Part shown: piece after piece, positions 59,735 through 64,000 of the stretch
Numbering within the stretch: position 1 is the stretch's first letter
Layout of the letters: the number at the start of each line of letters is the position of its first letter
Source of the DNA: an uncultured Actinomycetes bacterium
GTDB taxonomy: Bacteria; Actinomycetota; Thermoleophilia; UBA2241
Assembly: GCA_963709345.1 (NCBI GenBank)
Contig: CAVPVX010000010.1
Span: forward strand, 64,001 to 128,000
Reading direction: 5' to 3'
DNA: 64,000 nucleotides
Position numbers and translations under genes: made by a program
Notes under the pieces: model-generated
The model's database searches: none
What the model was told of the DNA's origin: nothing
Seen by the model: the letters and a program-made list of their open reading frames with translations, nothing else

Positions 59735-60234
59735 GGCTGATGGCGTCACTGGAGAAGCTGCCGAAGGAGACAGTGCTCGGGCTGGAAGACGGCGCTTCCG
59801 GTTCTTCGGCTCCGGCCGGCCGGGCGCGCTGCCACCGCCGGCTGGGCACTGCTCTCAGCGGCGCTCTTCGCGATCACCATGCTGCTCCTCGTCGAGGCGA
59901 GTGCACTGCCCCCGGTGGGGCTCGCCGCCTACGGCCGCCTCGGCACGATGGTGGTGCTCGTCCCAGTGACGCTCCTGCTCGCCGGCCTGAGACTGCCGCG
60001 TGCCCTGGTGCGCCGGGCGGCGTTTGCGGGGGTCTTCGATGCCGCTGCGTTTCTGGCGCTTGCAGCGGCGATCACCATCGGCCCCATCGCTGTCGCCTCG
60101 GTGGTGGTCTCGCAAGAAGCGGCACCATGGCGGCGCTGCTCGGGCTGTTCGTTCTGCGCGAGCGGCTCTCGCGCGTGCAGATCGTGGGTGTGGCGCTCAC
60201 GTGCGTGGCGGTGGCACTGCTCGCGGTCGGGTGA
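59735..60234 (+). pseudogene. 5'-truncated, frameshifted EamA paralog of 58670-59539
   Basis: LMASLEK / AGWALLSAALF...ALPPVGLAA / LRERLSRVQIVGVALTCVAV, with frame changes near 59820 and 60117. Confidence 0.7.
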
Positions 60235-60308
60235 CAGCGTCCGTCGTGCGTGACATGTAGCGGCATGACGCCTTGAAAAGGCCCCGTCTCAGGTATCCCC
60301 GAGCTCCG

Positions 60309-61334
60309 TCAGTACTGGGCCTCGTGACCGACCTCGATCATGGCCCGGATGTTTTCGATCGGAGTATGGAGGCTCAGATCGCAGCCACTCGCGAGCACGA
60401 AGCCCCCACCCGCCCAGCCCTTCGACACGCACGACCTGGCCGCTTCCCTCACCGTCTCGGGAGAGCCGTCGAGAAGGAGCCCAACGGGATCCACGTTACC
60501 GAGCAGGCAGACGGAGGCGCCGATGGCCTCCTTCACGACGGCCGTATCCACCGACGCGTCGAAGCTGAAAGCCGTCGCACCCGTGTCCGCTGCGAGCGTG
60601 AGGATCTTGGCGGTCTTGCCACACACGTGCAGGATCGACGGCAAGTCCACCTTCTGGAGCGCCTCGACGACAGTCCTCGTGGACGGAGCTGCGTACTCCG
60701 CGTAGTGTCGTGGAGATATCAGGTCGCCGGACGCGGTGGGGTCGCTGAGGACGAACCCGTGGACCCCGAGGTCCGCGTACAGCTGCAGATGCCGCACGAT
60801 GACCTCGGTCGAGAACTCGATCAAGCGGTGGACCTCGTCGGCGTGTTCGATCAGATCCGTCATCAGGTCGGTCATCCCGCGCAGGTGACCCGCCAGCGTG
60901 AAGGGCAGAGGGAGCGAGGCGTAGCAGAACACTTCATCGCCAAGCTCCTCCAGGAGCGCCTCGGCAGCGATCAGAGACGACTGCACGCGGGAGCTTGCGC
61001 TCGTGTCCACGAGGACGAGGTCCGCCACCTCATCAAGTGAATGAAGCGCAGGCTCGATGACACTGGGGCTCCCAACCTCGGTGATCCGGGAAGTGCAGCC
61101 AAGCAGGTCGACGAAGGCGAACCAATCCCAGACGATCTCGATCGCGTCAAAGGGACAGGCTGCCTGTGCATTGACGATGGCTGCGGCTGCCCTCTCAGGA
61201 TGAGCCAACGACTCGGGGGTCGACAAGCCGAAGGCGTCGAGAGCCCAGTAGCCTTGGAAGGGAGGCGCGACGGGCACCCTGTCGGGCGGGTCGAGCAGTC
61301 GAAGAGCCTTGGTGAACCTCTCCCTCCCGGTCAT
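60309..61334 (-). CDS. UroD-superfamily MtaA/CmuA-like methylcobamide methyltransferase
   Basis: DRVPV, PFTLA, SDPTASGDLISP, Zn ligands LHVCG and SGCD, TPIENI. Confidence 0.8.
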   Translation of the reverse strand: MTGRERFTKALRLLDPPDRVPVAPPFQGYWALDAFGLSTPESLAHPERAAAAIVNAQAACPFDAIEIVWDWFAFVDLLGCTSRITEVGSPSVIEPALHSLDEVADLVLVDTSASSRVQSSLIAAEALLEELGDEVFCYASLPLPFTLAGHLRGMTDLMTDLIEHADEVHRLIEFSTEVIVRHLQLYADLGVHGFVLSDPTASGDLISPRHYAEYAAPSTRTVVEALQKVDLPSILHVCGKTAKILTLAADTGATAFSFDASVDTAVVKEAIGASVCLLGNVDPVGLLLDGSPETVREAARSCVSKGWAGGGFVLASGCDLSLHTPIENIRAMIEVGHEAQY

Positions 61335-61925
61335 CTGCGTCCCTTCTGCGTCTGAGGCTTCATCGGGCGTCCTCTCCGCAGCTGCGGCATGAACGAGGCG
61401 CCCCGCGTGCGGTGCCCGTTCGCCGAGACCTCGCTGCGGACGATGGCGAGTGCAGTGTATCCGTACGTACTCGGCCTTGGCGGTGGCACCCCGCGCCGTC
61501 CTCGACCGCGAGTTCGACGCGCCGTGCGAGTGGAACATCCAGGCGCGTGCACTCGTCTCCCTGGGGCGTACAAGGGTCTGTGGACGAGCGCGACCACTGG
61601 CCGGGCGTTCCGCAGCGAGTGTCGGCCGTCGGTGACTACGTGGGTGCGGGCCCAAGCGCTCTCGCGTGCGTCCAACGCTCGGCGGGCGAGATGCTGAGTG
61701 GCAACGCGCGCGACGATTCCCCCGAGGTCACCGCACCTCTCGCGGCTCCCGGCATGCGACTGTGGGATGACGCAAGTGCTGTGACGATTGTGGGAGCCCG
61801 CGGCGCCGGCGCCGCGTTCGGCGGCGTGTGTCGAGCGATCTCACTCCGCACGCACGGCACTTGCTCTTGCACAGCAGGATGACTCATAGTCGCAAGACGC
61901 TGCGACGAGGAGGATCGAACGTGAC

Positions 61926-62918
61926 ATGCCCGACTCCCCCACCCGACGAGAGGAGGCTCCAGTGAGGGGCTACGGGCCCGCAGACCCATCGGCGACGCCG
62001 CGCTTCGCGGGGATCTCCACGTTCCTGCGTTTGCCGCACACGACGAACCTCGAGGGCGTGGATGTGGCGGCGGTGGGCTTGCCGTTCGACACCGGCGTGT
62101 CGTTTCGCGTGGGAGCACGATTCGGGCCAAAAGCCATCCGGGACGGCTCTCTGGCGTTTCGCCCGGACTTCAACCCGGAGCAGGGCGTCTCGGTGTTCGA
62201 ACGGCTCTCGGTGATCGACTATGGCGACGCCCCGATCGTGCCCGGCGCGACAGTAGCATCGCTCGACAAGATGTCCGGGTCGTTGGGCGTGCTGCATGAA
62301 GCGGGCGTGATACCGATTGGCTTCGGTGGAGATCACAGCGTGCTGCTCGCGGAGCTGCGGGCAGCCGCCGCGACGCGCGGTCCGCTTGCAGTCATCCAGT
62401 TCGACGCTCACTGCGATACTCGTGATGACTACTTCGGCGAGAAGTACACCCACGGTACAGTCCTGCGTCGCGCCTGCGAGGAGGGACTCGTCGACGCGTC
62501 CCGCTCGACTCTGATGGGCATGCGGGGCGGGCTCGCCGGACCGAATGACCATGAAGAGGCTCGTGCCCTGGGCTTCCATGTCGTGCGCTGGACCGAACTG
62601 GCCAGTCTCGGCGTGGGCGCGGTCAAGACGGCTGTCGAACGTGCTCGCGGCAAGGCTTTCCTCACGTTCGACATCGACTTCATCGACCCGGCGTACGCTC
62701 CGGGCACGGGCACCCCCGTGTGTGGTGGCCCGTCGTCGATGCAGGCGCTGGAGTTGCTGCGGGCGTGTCGCGGCCTGCATATCATCGGTGCGGATGTCGT
62801 CGAGGTGGTGCCCGACCTCGACAGCTCCTATCTCACGGCGATGCTTGCGGCGACGGTCGCGTGGGAGATCCTCAGTCTCATCGCCGTGAGTACGGTGATG
62901 ACTGCGGGAAGCCACTAG
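61926..62918 (+). CDS. speB: Agmatinase / ureohydrolase
   Basis: GARFGP, GGDHS, DAHCD, TFDIDFIDP, APGTGTP; ends in TAG. Confidence 0.88.
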   Translation: MPDSPTRREEAPVRGYGPADPSATPRFAGISTFLRLPHTTNLEGVDVAAVGLPFDTGVSFRVGARFGPKAIRDGSLAFRPDFNPEQGVSVFERLSVIDYGDAPIVPGATVASLDKMSGSLGVLHEAGVIPIGFGGDHSVLLAELRAAAATRGPLAVIQFDAHCDTRDDYFGEKYTHGTVLRRACEEGLVDASRSTLMGMRGGLAGPNDHEEARALGFHVVRWTELASLGVGAVKTAVERARGKAFLTFDIDFIDPAYAPGTGTPVCGGPSSMQALELLRACRGLHIIGADVVEVVPDLDSSYLTAMLAATVAWEILSLIAVSTVMTAGSH

Positions 62919-63317
62919 CAGGCCGTCACGCCGATTCGTCCCGGTCTCGCCCTCTACAACCCGGTCAAGATCCCCTTCACCCCGGAGTTCTGGGAACTCA
63001 TGAAGAAGAACGACTGGGAGTTGATTCCGGCCGCCGAGCCGACCTGGGTGCACCAGATCCCGTGCTGCCTGTACGATGTGTACAAGCAGAAGTCATGGAT
63101 CTCCATGAACACCTTCTCGCTCGGCCCGAACACCATCTGCGTGGAGTCGCACGAGACGGCCTTCTGCGAGCAGCTCGACAAGCTCGGCGTCGAAGTCGTT
63201 CCAATCCCCTACGAGAAGGTCACGCCATTCGGCGGGGCGCTCCACTGCACCACGCTCGATGTCTACCGTGATGGGGACTGCGAGGACTACTTCCCCAACC
63301 AGATCGAAGGGTACTGA
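62919..63317 (+). pseudogene. C-terminal third of an amidinotransferase (glycine amidinotransferase-like)
   Basis: PIRPGLALYNP, WISMN, FGGALHCTTLDV..G...DYF; catalytic Asp/His region is missing. Confidence 0.7.
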
Positions 63318-63722
63318 TGGTCAGTTGACTCACGCTCCGGGAGGAGCTGGCCCGAAGCGGCGCTGACGGCGGCGGTTGTTTCACCTGACCCCGGGTCTCG
63401 CCCCAGCGCGCTCGCGGCTCCCCCGCCGTGGCCCACGGGCCGGTTCCTTCCGGAACGTTCTTCTGACGCAGCCGCAGGGCGAGAGTCCTGGAGCCGCCGC
63501 AATGCCTTTTCACCCTCTGAGAACCGCGCCGAGCGCCGTGGACTTGCGGCTCTGCTCTTGAGCGACCATGCGGAGGGACCTGCAGCGACAGGAGTGAGCA
63601 TGGCAGAGAGAACGCAAGCTCTGTTCAACTCTCCAATTGTTCGGTAGGTATTGTCGTCTTCGTGCATCCCACCGCCCTCACGTGTAGCTGTCCGCCTAGG
63701 AAAACGGCCTCCGGAGGACCGT

Positions 63723-63750
63723 TTGACACTCTACAGTCGACTGGTAGAAT
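63723..63750 (+). promoter_or_regulatory. Sigma70-like promoter with a palindrome in the spacer
   Basis: TTGACA, 16 bp, TAGAAT; CAGTCGACTG palindrome between the boxes. Confidence 0.6.
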
Positions 63751-63801
63751 AGCGGCGCTGCAAAGAGGCACGTATAGACACCTGCTACCACAGGAGTGAC
63801 C

Positions 63802-64000
63802 ATGGCTGAGCGAACCAAAGTCCTGATCATGGGAGCCGCCGGACGCGACTTCCACAACTTCAACACGTACTTCCGCGACAACGAGGCGTACGAAGTCGTG
63901 GCGTTCACCGCCACGCAGATCCCGTTCATCAACGACCGCAAGTACCCGGCTGGGCTCGCCGGCAAGCTCTATCCCGACGGCATCCGCATCTACGACGAGT
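63802..64000 (+). CDS. COG2403 cDPG-synthetase-like / arginine synthetase (ArcE)-like protein, N-terminus, cut by window edge
   Basis: AGGAG RBS; IMGAAGRDFHNFN...EVVAFTATQIP...LYPDGI; absent from the ORF track. Confidence 0.75.
   Translation, partial: MAERTKVLIMGAAGRDFHNFNTYFRDNEAYEVVAFTATQIPFINDRKYPAGLAGKLYPDGIRIYDE

Noticed and set aside
59537-59740. Amber read-through joining the EamA gene to the downstream EamA remnant
   Set aside because: The read-through frame is non-homologous sequence and hits a TGA near 59738.
61854-61871. Sigma54-like site GGCAC...TTGC upstream of the agmatinase gene
   Set aside because: GG-to-GC spacing is 11 nt rather than the required 10.
61335-61925. Guanidine riboswitch upstream of the agmatinase gene
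   Set aside because: No ykkC consensus or paired ACGR-loop hairpins recognised.
1-64000. CRISPR array, IS element, prophage, rRNA, or evidence of methanogenesis
   Set aside because: No spaced repeats, transposase, integrase, phage or rRNA sequence seen. No mcr genes are present, and Hdr and methylamine methyltransferases also occur in non-methanogens.

Overview
High-GC bacterial window. The host is probably an anaerobic actinobacterium: this is an inference from leaderless TANNNT-6/7nt-ATG starts and a Tat lipoprotein. The main signal is hidden by the ORF track. Two methylamine methyltransferase genes, mtbB-like (22257-23645) and mttB-like (24443-25912), each carry one in-frame TAG exactly at the conserved pyrrolysine position, and they flank a corrinoid protein gene. 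This implies amber-to-pyrrolysine recoding, although no pylTSBCD genes lie in the window. Nearby are two non-Pyl MttB-family genes, an Lrp regulator, two paralogous hydroxyacid-dehydrogenase-like genes, a complete hdrCBA-flxDCBA cluster and an MtaA/CmuA-type methyltransferase. A signalling operon couples a CarH/AerR-like B12-binding protein to histidine kinases and a diguanylate cyclase. The window also holds glpD, a GntR regulator with three matching operators, a peptide-family ABC transporter, an E. coli ygc-like cluster, arginine/guanidino genes and several gene remnants. I found no rRNA, tRNA, CRISPR array or mobile element. All family assignments are by eye; no searches were run.
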